Source: Mobula hypostoma (Eukaryota). Taken from it: a stretch of DNA of 64,000 nucleotides. Made by a program: the position numbers and the translations under genes. This document shows positions 13,538 to 26,144 of the stretch, one piece after another. The stretch covers positions 19,220,001 to 19,284,000 of the forward strand of contig NC_086108.1 in NCBI RefSeq assembly GCF_963921235.1, read 5' to 3'. The first letter of the stretch is position 1. Each line of letters begins with the position of its first letter. The notes below the pieces were generated by a model. That model did no database searches and was not told the DNA's origin. It saw nothing but the letters and a program-made list of their open reading frames with translations.

Positions 13538-14152
13538 GTGTAGGGGACCGTGCACAATTCTGATTTGATGGAGCCAGACGAGAGTGCACAGCGGAACATC
13601 TGGAAAACTTCTAAAATGTCTGCTTTGCTACCGCTGCTACTGTGTGGTAACCGGAATCTCTGGAGCTGTAGGCCTCGAAATCCTCGGCTTTGCGTGTTTC
13701 AGCGGCCGGGGAGAGGTCGAAGGCGCTCGGCAGAGTAAGGCGCTCGGGAGGCTATATCGTAGACGCTGCTCGGAAGCTTGGCGCTTTCGGACAGATGGTC
13801 TCAGTGTCAGCTGTGGTCGGCTGCTTCCAAGGTATCGGCAAGTTGACGGTGCCTGGAGGTTTATGGCAGGGAGTTTCTCCCTTTTGCCGCCGCTATCGGG
13901 GACTCGGGAGTCGATCGACTCGGGACTTTAAGACTATTTTTTTTACTGTGCCTATGGACTGTTCTTCATCAAAATATGGTATTGCTTTGCACTGCTGTAA
14001 CTATATGTTATAATTATGTGGATTTGTCAGTGTTAGTCTTTGGTCTGTCCTGTTTTCTGTGATATCACGCCAGAGAAACATCGTATCATTTCTTAATGCA
14101 TGTATGCAGTTCTAAATGACAATAAAAGAGGACTGAGTGTTCTCATAATCTA
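13538..14152 (+). mobile_element. Non-coding retroposon (SINE/LINE 3'-type) ending AATAAA...ATAATCTAA; same family as 41455-42092
   Basis: Long alignable similarity to 41535-42085 (CAATTCTGATTTGATGGAG..., CTAAATGACAATAAAAGAGGACTG..CTCATAATCTAA). Confidence 0.8.
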
Positions 14153-14285
14153 AATGTTGTGTATCTGATGAATGTGACTGTGAGGCTGCTGCAAGTGAGT
14201 TTTTCAATCCACTTGGTAATACACTCAACTGTGACTTTGTATGGTTTCTGTTTTGATTTTGGGTTTATAACATCTGCAAGTTTTT

Positions 14286-14581
14286 TTTGGCGTGTGCCTG
14301 CGTGCGTACGAGTCTGTGCATCTGCGTCTGCGTGCGTCCGTGATTATGTCTTTTTCATGGCTTTTACAAGGCACGGAGTGAGAGAGAGGCTGTGTGGCAC
14401 GCCATTCCTCACATAGACATTTTCGCAGTTTTTTCCCTTTATTTTACGAGGTTGAGTTGCGATCTCGACACTCAACCCGGCACGTATGGAAAGCGTACTC
14501 AGGAGCGGACCCAACTGGTTTCGAACCCGGGAACCTCCCGGATCTGGCGCCGATGTCATTGCGCCACCAGCCGGCCCGCAC
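14286..14581 (-). mobile_element. Young tRNA-derived SINE with A tail and target-site duplication
   Basis: Minus strand has A-box TGGCGCAATGA and B-box GGTTCGAAACC; CpG-rich. TSD CTGCAAGTTTTT at 14274-14285 and 14582-14593. Confidence 0.85.
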
Positions 14582-14907
14582 CTGCAAGTTTTTGTTTTTC
14601 AAGCAGTAGCCTTCCTGAGAGTTGGATTCACTCTTCAAAGTACCAGCAAAGCCATCAGTGAGGCAGATTTAAAAACACAGAACATAAAACTCTACAGCGC
14701 AGGAATAGGACCTTTGGCCTACAACATTACACTGAACAAATTAAACTAGTAATGAAACATCTAACTAAACTAGTTCCTTCTGTCTACACATCCGTATCCC
14801 TCCATTCTCTGCACATTCATATAACTATCTCAGAACCTCGTAAACACCTCTATCACATTTGCCTCACTTGAACTTCTCTCTGTATGACTCAAAGATGGGA
14901 ACACGGG

Positions 14908-15324
14908 ATGGGAGCTAGGGCTTTACTCTCTGGAGAGGAGGAGGATGAGAGGAGACATGATAGAGCTATACAAGATATTAAAAGGAATACATGGAGTGGA
15001 CAGCCAGTGCCTCTTCCCCAGGGCACCACTGCTCAATACAAGAGGACATGGCTTTAAGGTAAGGGGTGGGAAGTTCAAGGGGGATATTAGAGGAAGGTTT
15101 TTTACTCAGAGAGTGGTTTGTGCGTGGAATGCACTGCCTGAGTCAGTGGTGGAGGCAGATACACTAGTGAAATTTAAGAGACTACTAGATAGGTATATGA
15201 AGGAATTTAAGGTGGGGGGCGTTATATGGGAGGCAGGGTTTAAGGGTCAGCACAACATTGTGGGCTGAAGGGCCTGTACTGTGCTGTACTGTTCTATGTT
15301 CTATGTTCTATGTTCTATGTTCTA
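14908..15324 (+). mobile_element. 5'-truncated CR1 LINE 3' end with (TTCTATG)n tail
   Basis: ORF 14945-15268 (RGDMIELYKILKG...TRGHGFK...FFTQRVV..WN.LP) is the CR1 ORF2 C-terminus; heptamer tail at ~15291-15324. Confidence 0.93.
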
Positions 15325-16879
15325 CAGCAAAAGACAGCATCATAGGGAGAGAACAGGGAAACGGGAAAGCTTTAATTTCCTCTGCTGTTCCTGAGACATA
15401 CACCCTTATTCTTTCTCTCTGGCCCTGCATGTGTTTTAGATACACATACCTATATGTTCGTTTGGAAGTTTCCATTGTATTGACTTCTGTCACATTTTTA
15501 GCAAGAACAGCTCAGATGATAACAATTCCTTACACCAGTCATCTGCATTTATAACCTAATATCTTAAATTATTGTCCCTTGTTATTTGGGACTTTTTGGC
15601 CAACAGGAATGCCCTATCTGCACTATCAAATGCCCTTTCCATGTTGTGACAATATTAGATCACTTCAATTTTGTGCTCTAATCCCAGCGTCTCCACATAA
15701 CTGAAGCCCTATTACCCTGGAATATCTCTTTTAGTCTGTTTGACACTTTCTTCAAGCTAGGTAAAGCATAACCAAAATATTCAAATTGTGTGATAAAATC
15801 TTTGAAGCCAAACAGCAACAGCATTCTCAGATCATCAGAATATAAATGCAGATGACATATTTAATCCATTTGATCGCTTCCCTACAGATTATGGATCTGC
15901 TAATTACAATATGTTTGATTTCTTAATACAGGCTCAAATGCCACTCAAAATCCTTTCCAGTTGTTCTTCAATTATATTTTGTGCCCAATATGGTACGAAC
16001 CAAATACATATATTTTAATTGAAGATATCAAAAGCTGCCTTATTCTGAGAGGTAGTGGTATGGAAATATCTGATACAGCTCATTTGCACTGCTGTATAAT
16101 GAACAATTTCTGTAAATGATAACCCCACAGTTCAGTGATCATTAGGAAGTAGAATCTTAGTTCTCTTTTATTATTATGGAGGAAAACACAGCTTGCAGAT
16201 CAATAAACATTAAAAAAGTTGATTTGTCACCTAGTTAAGTGTATCTTGGGACATTTCAAATGCAAACATCTAATGAATGATGTTAACCTTTCCAGTCTCC
16301 AGGGAGTCATTATTGTTTGTACCTTCACGTAAAGCATTCTACACAGGCCATCATCAGGTCAAATTATCCGCATAGTCATTGCTCAGGGAAAACAGGAGGA
16401 GGTTATTTCCCCCGAGTCACCAGTGCCAAAGCTTCTCTGCACATTAGGCAAATATTGTCACATATACTTCCATAATACAAATTCATGCTTGACAGTTTCA
16501 CTTACTCCTCCTATGAATTTGAATACTTATAAACCCCACCAAGAAAATAATTAAATATGCATATTTGGTATTCACCTCCCACATTGCTATAGCAACCGCT
16601 ACCATTAATAGAATGAATTAATGGAAAAGCTACCAAATATTTCTTCACTTAACCTGATTGTTATTGCAGATGAGAAATAATGGGTTAACGAAGCACCCGA
16701 GCAGCTCGGTGAAGAGTGAGTGGAAATGTTTCTGCTGAAGCACTGGAGCATAAACAGAGATTAGATCTGGGAGCAGAGATGGGAGTGGGGTTGGGGGCAT
16801 TGGTGGTGAGAAGGGAAGTGGGTAAAGGATGAGAAGAGTGGGGGTAGTGATTGATGGACGTGGTTGGGATAGGCACACA

Positions 16880-17228
16880 CATCTATCCCCGACATCGCAA
16901 TAAAGTAAAGCAGAGGTATCCCCAAAAATGGCATTACTACCTCAATACTGGCACCACATCTGACCAATAATAGGCAGCCCACATTCCAATCGAAAGGAGC
17001 AAATGATGGGCCATCAGCTGTCCTGAATAGGAGGAACACAAATATCCCAAGAAAGTAGAGGTGGTCTCCTAGTAAAGAGCATACCTATCCCAATAAAGGG
17101 ACGCACATATTTCCCAGAAAAGGCTAACACATTGACTCCAGTCAATGAGGCCATAGTTATCCACCCAACAAATTGAAATGATCTGCCAACGGTCACCCAT
17201 TAAAATAAAGATCATCAACCCAAGGTGT
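16880..17228 (+). repeat. Highly degenerate ~24-bp A-rich tandem array, left portion (continues at ~18692-18790)
   Basis: Successive 24-mers from 17088: TCCCAATAAAGGGACGCACATATT / TCCCAGAAAAGGCTAACACATTGA / CTCCAGTCAATGAGGCCATAGTTA. Confidence 0.6.
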
Positions 17229-18691
17229 CCGGCCCTGACAGTGTACCAGGTGGGGCTCTGAAAACTTGGGCCACCCAACTGGCTGGAGTGTTCAAGGACA
17301 TCTTCAATATCTCGCTACTGCAGCTGGAGGTTCCCATCTGATTCAAAAGGGCGGCCATCATAGCAGTGCCCAAGAAGAGCAGGGTGAGCTGCCTCAATGA
17401 CTATCACCCAGTTACACTCACTTCTACTGTGAGGAAGAGCTTTCAGAGGTTGGTCATGGCTAGAATGACCTCCTGCCTTAAGCAAGGTTGTGGACCTAGT
17501 GCAACTTGCCTATCTACACAACAGGTCTACAGCGGATGTAATCACATTGGGTCACCGGTCAGCCTTGGGTCACCTGGGCAATAGCAATACCTACGCCAGG
17601 CTGCTATTTATTAAGTACAGCTCATCATTCAGCACAATCATACCCTCAATTCAAATTAACAAGCTCCAAAACCTGAGCCTCTGTATCTCCCTCTGCAGCT
17701 GAATTCTTGACTTCCACACCGGGAGACCACAGCCTGTGGGGATTGGAAACAATATCTCCTTCTCATTGATGATCAACACTGACACACCTCAGCGATGAGT
17801 ACTTAGCCCACTGCTCTACTGTCTCTCAACCCAGGATTGTGTGGCACAGCTTAAACTCTGTGTATAAATTTGCTGACGACACAACTATTGTTGGCAGAAT
17901 TCAGATGGTGACGAAGAGACACACAGAGGTGTCATGTATCAGTTGGGTGAGTGGTGTCACAGCAACAACCTTGCGCTCAATGTCAGTAAGACCAAGGAAT
18001 TGTTTCTGGGTGAAGTTGAGGGCACACACACCAGTCCTCATTGAGGGATCAGAAGTGGAGAGGGTGAAAGCTACAGGTTCCTGGTTATCAACATCTCTGA
18101 TGATCTATCCTGGGCCCAGCATACTAAGAAGGCACAACAGCAGCTATATTTCAATAGGAGTTTCGGGAAAATTGGTATGTCACTAAAGACACACACTTAA
18201 CATTTCAGGATCAGTTTCTTCCCCTTCACTATCAGTTTACTGAATGGACAATGAATCCATGAACACTATCTCAGTATTTCTTTGTACTACTTATTTATTT
18301 TTCTTTTTTATATATACTTTTTAATGTCATTTAGAGTTTTTATTATGACGTTTTGTGACGTACTGCTGCCATGAAACAAATTTAGAACATAGAATAGTAC
18401 AGCACAGTACAGACCCTTCGGCCCACAATGTTGTGCCGACCCTCAAACCCTGCCTCCTATATAACACCCCACCATAAATTCCTCCATATACTTGTCTAGT
18501 AGTCTCTTAAACTTCACTAGTGTATCTGCCTCCACCACTGACTCAGGCAGTGCATTCCACGCACCAACCACTCTCTGAGTAAAAAACCTTCCTCTAATAT
18601 CCCCCTTGAACTTCCCATCCCTTACCTTAAAGCCATGTCCTCTTGTATTGAAATTTCATAACATATGATGGTGATATTAAACCTGATTTTA
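17229..18691 (+). mobile_element. Degenerate Rex1/Babar-type LINE (RT and 3' end), interrupted by a CR1 3' fragment at ~18384-18650 (minus strand)
   Basis: Translations [42 protein letters not shown]; tail ATTAAACCTGATT near 18677. The inserted CR1 begins AGAACATAGAATAGTACAGCACAG. Confidence 0.85.
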
Positions 18692-18897
18692 AGTGGCAGC
18701 TCAGTTATTCAAATAAAATAGAACTCAATTGTCCCACCCAAAGGCAGCACAACCATCAATGCAAAGGGGCAAAGGTATTCTAAAACAAGAAGCTCCTGTG
18801 TTTCTGTATTCCTGAGCTCCTGAGCAATAGTCTTCTAGTGCTCTGTGTTCCTAAGTTCTGGTCTTCCTGAGCTCCTGTGTTCCTGTCTTCCTGTTTT

Positions 18898-20030
18898 AAG
18901 ACCATAAGACCATAAGACAAAGGAGCAGAAGTCAGCCATTCGGCCCATTGAGTCTGCTCTGCTATTTTATCATGAGCTGATCCGTTCTCCCACTTAGCCC
19001 CACTGCCCCGCCTTCTCACCATAACCTTTGATGCCCTGGCTACTCAGATACCTATCAATCTCTGCCTTAAATACACCCAATGACTTGGCCTACACTGCCA
19101 CCCATGGCAACAAGTTCCATAGATTCACCACCCTCTGGCTAAAAAAATTTCTTCGCATCTCTGTTCTGAATGGGCGCCCTTCAATCCTTAAGTCATGCTC
19201 TCTCGTACTAGACTCCCCCACCATGGGAAACAATTTTGCCACATCCACTCTGTCCATGCCTTTCAATATCCGAAATGTTTCTATGAGGTCCTCCCTCATT
19301 CTTCTAAACTCCAAGGAATACAGTCCAACAGCGGACAAACGTTCCTCATATGTTAACCCTCTCATTCCCGGAATCATTCCAGTGAATCTTCTCTGAACCC
19401 TCTCCAAGGTCAGCTCATCCTTTCTTAAAAAAGAAGCCCAAAACTGCCCACAGTACTCCAAGTGAGGTCTTATCATTGCCTTATAGAGCCTCAACATCAC
19501 ATCCCTGCTCCTATACTCTATTCCTCTAGAAATGATTGCCAACATTGCATTCACCTTCTTCACCACCAACTCATCCTGGAGGTTAATCTTAAGGGTATCC
19601 TGCATGAGGTCTCCCAAGTCTCATTGCATCTCAGAACTTTGAATTCTCTCCCCATTTAAATAACAGTCTGCCCATTTATTTCTTCTGCCAAAGTACATAA
19701 CCATACACTTTCCAACATTGTATTTCATTTGCCACTTCTTTGCCTATTCTCCCAATCTATCCAAGTCTCTCTTCATAGCTTCAAAACCTTCCTTTCATAG
19801 TTCATCTTTTCTCTCTTAATGACCTTCTTAGTTTCCTTTTGTAAGCTTTTAAAAACTTCCCAGTCCTCTGTCTTCCCACTAATTTTTGCTTCCTTGTATG
19901 CCCTCTCCTTTGCTTTAACTTTGGCTTTGACTTCTCTTGTCAGCCACGGTTGCATCCTTTTTCCATTTGAAAATTTCTTCTTTTTTGGAATATATCTGTC
20001 TTGCACCTTCCTCACTTCTCGCATAAACTC
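18898..20030 (-). mobile_element. 5'-truncated CR1 LINE with (TCTTATGG)n tail and an internal ~1 kb deletion
   Basis: ORFs 19090-19617 and 19773-20054 are CR1 ORF2 pieces. Closely similar to 45289-46132 and 47128-47370 of the full-length copy. Confidence 0.93.
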
Positions 20031-20464
20031 GAGTCTTCCTGTGTTCCGGAGCACCTGTTTTCCTGTCCTGCTGTCCTCCTGAATCTTGAATTCCTGACAT
20101 CCTGTTTGTCTATACTATTGTGTTCCTGGCTTCCTTAACTCCTGTGTTTCTGAGCTGTGGGGCTCCTGTGCTCCTGAATTCCTTTGCTTTTGTCCTCTTG
20201 TGCTCCTGAGCTCCTGTGTTCCTTTCTACCTGTGTTGCTGAGCTGCTTTGTTTCAGTACATGTGTTCCTGTACTCCTGTGTTCCTGAGCTCCTGTATTTC
20301 TGAGCTCCTGTGTTTCTGAGCTCCAGCGTTCCCGACCTCTAAGTTCTGTGTTTCTCTTTTTCTGTCCTCCCATGTAACTGAGCCTCCTTAACTGAGCTGC
20401 AGGGCTCCTGAGCTCCCAGGCTCCTGCGCTCCTGAATTCCTGCGCTTCCATCCTTCTGAGCTAC

Positions 20465-21058
20465 ACACATAAAAGTTGCTGGTGAACGCAGCAGGCCAGG
20501 CAGCATCTCTAGGAAGAGGTACAGTCGACGTTTCAGGCCAAGACCCTTCGTCAGGACTAACTGAAGGAAGAGTGAGTAAGGGATTTGAAAGTTGGAGGGG
20601 GAGGGGGAGATCCAAAAAGATAGGAGAAGACAGGAGGGGGAGGGATAGAGCCGAGAGCTGGACAGGTGATAGGCAAAAGGGATACGAGAGGATCATGGGA
20701 CAGGAGGTCCGGAAAGAAAGACGGGGGCGGGGGACTCAGAGGATGGGCAAGGGGTATATTCACAGGGACAGAGGGAGAAAAAGGAGAGTGAGAGAAAGAA
20801 TGTGTGTATAAAAATAAGTAACAGATGGGGTACGAGGGGGAGGTGGGGCATTAGCGGAAGTTAGAGAAGTCGATGTTCATGCCATCAGGTTGGAGGCTAC
20901 CCAGACGGAATATAAGGTGTTGTTCCTCCAACCTGAGTGTGGCTTCATCTTTACAGTAGAGGAGGCCGTGGATAGACATGTCAGAATGGGAATGGGATGT
21001 GGAATTAAAATGTGTGGCCACTGGGAGATCCTGCTTTCTCTGGCGGACAGAGCGTAGA
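20465..21058 (-). mobile_element. Penelope-like element 3' end (GIY-YIG endonuclease C-terminus plus terminal repeat region)
   Basis: ORF 20851-21087 contains PVATHFNSTSHSHSDMSIHGL...RLEEQHLIFRLGSLQPDGMN, typical of the Penelope GIY-YIG C-terminal half. Confidence 0.88.
20523..20558 (-). ncRNA. Minimal type I hammerhead ribozyme motif
   Basis: Minus strand: AGTC-CTGACGA-AGG(GTCTTGG)CCT-GAAAC-GTC^GACT. Core CUGANGA/GAAA/GUC is intact, stem I is AGTC:GACT, stem II is AGG:CCT, stem III is the palindrome ACGT. Confidence 0.8.
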
Positions 21059-21149
21059 TAAGCTCTTGGGTTCCTGCTCTCCTGCATTCCTGATATTCTG
21101 TAATCCTGAGCTGTGTTCCAGGCCCCTGCTTTCTTCGGCTCAGCTCCTG

Positions 21150-21385
21150 TGTTCCTGAGCTCTTGTGTTCAAGCATTCCGATGTTCCTGAGCTCCTGTGT
21201 CCCTGTGCTCTTGTGTTCAAGCATTCCGATGTTCCTGAGCTCCTGTGTCCCTGTGCTCTTGTGTTCGAGTATCTCTGTGTTCCTGAGCTCCTGTGTTCCT
21301 GAGCTCCTGTGTTCAAGCATTCCGATGTTCCTGAGCTCCTGTGTCCCTGAGCTCTTGTGTTCGAGTATCTCTGTGTCCCTGAGCT
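21150..21385 (+). repeat. 48-bp (6x8) higher-order repeat, ~5 copies
   Basis: Unit TTGTGTTC AAGCATTC CGATGTTC CTGAGCTC CTGTGTCC CTGTGCTC; 16-aa periodicity in ORF 20877-21392. Confidence 0.85.
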
Positions 21386-22785
21386 TCAGCATTCCTGTCC
21401 TCCTGTGTTACTGAATTCCTGTATTGCTGTCCCCCATGTTTCTGTCCTCCTGTGTTTCTAAGCTCCTGTGTTCCTGTACACATGCGTGCTCCTGGGCTCC
21501 TACCTTCCAGTACTCAGGTGTTTCAGTACTCCTGTGTTCTGGAGCTGCTGTGTTCATGAGGTCCTGTGTTCCAGCACTCCTGTGTTCCTGTACACATCTT
21601 CCTGAGCTGTTGGGCTCCTGTCCTCCTGTGTTCACGAGCTCCTGCATACATGAGGCCCTGTGTTCCAGTACTCCTATGTTCCTGTACTCATATGTTCCAG
21701 AGCTGCTGTGTTCTTGATCTGTTCAGCTCCTGAGCTCCTGATCTCCTGCGTTCCCAGGCTACTGTGCTCCTGAGTTCCTATGTCTCTGTCCTCCTGTGGC
21801 CTTGACCTCTTGTCTTTCTGTCCTCCTATGTTTCTGTGCTACTGTGTCCCTGTGTTCTTCTGTTCCTTTACTCGTGTTCCTTTACAGGCCAAGAAAACAG
21901 GAGCTCCAGAGCTCCCGTGTTCCACTAATCCTGTGTTTCTGTGCTCCACTGTTCCTGGGTTCCACTGGTCCTGTGTTTCTGTCCTCCAGCATTGCAGAGC
22001 TACTGTGTTCCAGTACTCCTGTGTTCCAGTATTCCTGGGCTCCTGAGCACCCAAGAACCTGCATTCCTGGGTTCCTTCTGTGTTCCTGAACTCCTGCGTC
22101 CCTGGACTCCTGTGTTCCTAAGCTGTTGAGCTCCTGACCTGAAATCCTGCTTTCCTGAGCTCCTGTGTTTCTTTCCTTCTGTGTTCCTGAGCTTCTGTCT
22201 TTCTGCCTGCCTGTGTTTCTGTACCATTGTGTTCCTGAGTTCCTGTGTTCCTTTGCACCTGCATTGCTGAGCTCCCATGTTCCAGTAAGCCTTTGTGCCT
22301 GTAAACCTGTATTCCAGTGCTCCAGTGAGTTTGTGATCCAGTGTTTCTGTGTCCAGTGTTCCATTGTCCCTGTGTTCTTGAGCTCCTCTGTCCCTGAGCT
22401 CCTGTATTCCCGAGCTCCCCAGTTCACGGGCTCCTGTGTTTCTGTGTTTCAATAGTCCTGTGTTCCAAAGCTCCTATGTTCCTGAGCTACTGTCCTTCTA
22501 TGTTCCTTTGTTCCTTAGTTCCTGTGTTTCCCTCCTACTGTGTTTCTGTACCACTGTGGTCCTGAACTTCTGTGCTCCTGTGTTTCTGTACTACTGTGTT
22601 TCTGAGCCTGCGTTGTCCTTTACCTCTGTGTTCCTTTACGCCTGCATTGTTGAGCTCCTGCGCCCCAGTGTTCCTGCACCCCTGTGTTTCTGCACTCCTG
22701 TGGCTTTGAGCTCCAGTCTTTCTGTCACCCAGTGTTTCTGAGCTCCTGTCTTCCTTTACACATGTTCCTTTACACCTGCATTGCT

Positions 22786-22940
22786 GAGCTCCTGTGTTCC
22801 ATTACACCTGTGTTCCTGTACTCCTGTGAACATGAGCTCCTGTGTTCCATTACACCTGTGTTCCTGTACTCCTGTGAACATGAGCTCCTGTGTTCCATTA
22901 CACCTGTGTTCCTGTACTCCTGTGAACATGAGCTCCTGTT
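22786..22940 (+). repeat. 48-bp (6x8) higher-order repeat, ~3 copies
   Basis: Unit CTGTGTTC CATTACAC CTGTGTTC CTGTACTC CTGTGAAC ATGAGCTC. Confidence 0.9.
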
Positions 22941-23532
22941 TTCCTCAGCTGCTGTATTCCTGAGTTCCTGTGTTTCTTTCCTCGTGTTACAGACCTCCCA
23001 TGCTTCTCACTCAACTATATTTATGTCCCCCTGTGTTCCTCTCCTCCCATATTCCCGAGTCCCTATGTCTTTGTCCTCCTGTGTACCTGAACTCCTCTGT
23101 TGCTGTCCTCCTGAGTTTCTCTGCTACTGTTTTTTGGTCCACCTATGTTTCTGTCCTCCTGTCTTCCCTACCTAATGTGCTCCAGTACTCCTGTGTTCCC
23201 AGGCTACTGTCTTGCTGATCTGATATGCTTATGCTCTTTTGTGATCCTGGGCTCCTAGATTCCTGTCATCATGTGCTCCTGAGCTCCTGTACTTCAGCCC
23301 TCCTGTGTTCCTGGGCTCTTGTGTTCCTGATCTCCTATGTTTATATTCTTTTGTGTGCCTGAGCTCCTGTTTTCCTGTGTTGCTCAGCTCCTTTGTTCCT
23401 TCTCTTGTGGCTTTGAGCTGTGTTTCTGTCCTACTCTTTTTCTGTTGCTACTGTGTTCCTTTACCCATGTAACTTTACACTTGCGTTGCTGAGCTCCCAT
23501 ATTCCAGTACACCTGTGTTCTCGTACACCAGT

Positions 23533-24360
23533 TTCCTGTGCTCCAGTGTTCCTATGTTCCAGAGTTCCAGAGCTCCTGTATTCCAATGTCCCTGTGTTCC
23601 AGTATTCCTGTATTCTAGAGTTCCTGTGTTCCAGTGTTCCTATGTTCCAGAGTTCCAGAGCTCCTGTATTCCAATGTCCTTGTGTTCCAGTATTCCTGTA
23701 TTCTAGAGTTCCTGTGTTCCAGTGTTCCTATGTTCCAGAGTTCCAGAGCTCCTGTATTTCAATGTCCCTGTGTTCCAGTATTCCTGTATTCTAGAGTTCC
23801 TGTGTTCCAGTGTTCCTATGTTCCAGAGTTCCAGAGCTCCTGTATTCCAATGTCCCTGTGTTCCAGTATTCCTGTATTCTAGAGTTCCTGTGTTCCAGTG
23901 TTCCTATGTTCCAGAGTTCCAGAGCTCCTGTATTCCAATGTCCCTGTGTTCCAGTATTCCTGTATTCTAGAGTTCCTGTGTTCCAGTGTTCCTATGTTCC
24001 AGAGTTCCAGAGCTCCTGTATTCCAATGTCCCTGTGTTCCAGTATTCCTGTATTCTAGAGTTCCTGTGTTCCAGTGTTCCTATGTTCCAGAGTTCCAGAG
24101 CTCCTGTATTTCAATGTCCCTGTGTTCCAGTATTCCTGTATTCTAGAGTTCCTGTGTTCCAGTGTTCCTATGTTCCAGAGTTCCAGAGCTCCTGTATTCC
24201 AATGTCCCTGTGTTCCAGTATTCCTGTATTCTAGAGTTCCTGTGTTCCAGTGTTCCTATGTTCCAGAGTTCCAGAGCTCCTGTATTCCAATGTCCCTGTG
24301 TTCCAGTATTCCTGTATTCTAGAGTTCCTGTGTTCCAGTGTTCCTATGTTCCAGAGTTCC
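23533..24360 (+). repeat. 88-bp (11x8) higher-order repeat, ~9.4 near-identical copies
   Basis: Near-identical ORFs start every 88 bp (23634, 23722, 23810 ... 24162). Confidence 0.97.
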
Positions 24361-26144
24361 TGTGTCCCTGACCTCCTGTATTCCTGAGCTTCTGCATTCC
24401 TGTCTTCCTGTGTTCCAGACCTCTTGAGTACCTATGATTTTGTCTTCCTGTATACCAGAGCTCCTGTGTTTCTGATGACCTGTGTTTCTGACGACCTGTG
24501 TTTCTGGACTCATGTTTTCCAGAGTCAGTGGGCACCTGAGCTCCTGGTGCCCGTATTCACAGGCTCCTGTTTTTCTGTAGTCCTCTGTTTCTGTACTACT
24601 GTATTTCTGGGCTCCTGTGTTCCTTTACACCTGCGTTGCTGAGTTCCCATTTTCTGGTACACCTGCATTCCTGTGCTCTAGTGCACCTGTACTCCTGTGT
24701 TCCTTTGTCCCTGAGCTCCTGTCTTTCTCTCCTCCTATGTTCTGGCACTCATGTGTTCCTGGGCTCCTGTGTTGCTGAACTGCTGGCTTCATGCATTCCC
24801 AGGTTCCTGCGTTACTAATTTCCTATGTTTCTGTCCTCCTGTGTTCCTGAGCTCTTGTGTTTCTGCACTCTTGTATCCCTGTACTACTGTGTTTCTGAGC
24901 TCCTGTGATCCTCTACCCCTGTGGTGCTTTACACCTGTGTTAATGATCTCCTGTGTTCTGGTATTCCCATTTCTGTGCTTCAGTGTTCACAGGTTCCTGT
25001 TTCCCTGAGCCACGGGACACCTGAGCTCACGAGCTGCTGCGTTCCCAGGCTCCTGTGTTTCTGAGCTCTTCTGTTCCTTTAACTGTGTTCTTTTCCATCT
25101 GCATTTCTGTGTGTCCTGTGTTCCTGACTTCCTGTCCTCCTGTGTTCCTGTAGTCATGTGTTCTTGAGCTCTAGTGCTGCTGAGCTGGTGGGCCCCTGCA
25201 TTCCCTGGCTCCTGTGTTCCTGAGCTCTGGTGTTCCTGCATTCCTCTGTTTCTGAGTCCCTGTGTTTCTGTGCTCCTGTGTACCTGAGCCACACTCTTGC
25301 TGTCTTCCCATGTTTCTCTCCTGTTGAGCTTCTGTGCTCTTTTACCCCCGTGTTCCTGTGCTCCAGTGTTCCTGTACCCCAGTCTTCCTGTGCTCCAGTG
25401 ATCTTGTGTTCCTGAGCTCCTGTTATTCTGTCCTCCTGTGTTCCCAAGCTCCTGTGTAATAGTACTCCTGTGTTCCAGAGTGGCCGTGATCCTGAGTTCC
25501 TGTGTTCCTGGTCTCCCATGATCCTCAGCTCCTGTGTTCCTTTACCACTCTGCTTCTGTACACCTGTGACACTGAGCTCCTGTGTTCCTTTACACAGTGT
25601 TCCTGTGCTCCTGTGTACCTGAGCCTCTCTCTTGCTGTCTTCCCATGTTTCTCTCCTGCTGAGCTTCTGTGTTCTTTTACCCCCGTGTTCCTGAGTTCCT
25701 GTTATACTGTCCTCCTGTGTTCCTAAGCTCCTGCAAATAGTACTCCTGTGATCCTCAGCTCCTGTGTTCCTTTACCACTCTGTTCCTGTACACCTGCATC
25801 ACTGAGTTCCTGTGTTCCAATACATATGTGTCCCTGTGCTCCAGCATTCTTCTGCTCCCATGTTCCTGAGCTGCTGGGGTCCTGAAGTCTTGGGTTCCTG
25901 CATTCTGAACTGTTGTGCTTCTGGCCTTGTGTTCCTGAGCTCCTGTGTTTCCAAGCTCCAGTGTTCCTGAGTTCCTGTGATCCTGTATTTCTATCGTCCT
26001 GTGTACCTGAGCTCTTGTGTTTCTGCACTCCTGTATTTCTGTACTACTGTTTCTGAGCTGCCATGGTCCTTTGCTCCTGTGCTCCTTCACACCTGTGTTA
26101 CTAAGCTCCTGTGTTTTGGTTCACCAGTGTTCCTGTGCTCCTTT

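Noticed and set aside
14500..14581. tRNA gene
   Set aside because: The A and B boxes belong to a SINE head with a body, A tail and TSD; no complete cloverleaf is evident.
23533..24360. 88-bp and 56-bp (53229-53761) arrays as CRISPR-like arrays
   Set aside because: They are head-to-tail repeats without unique spacers, there are no cas genes, and the context is eukaryotic.
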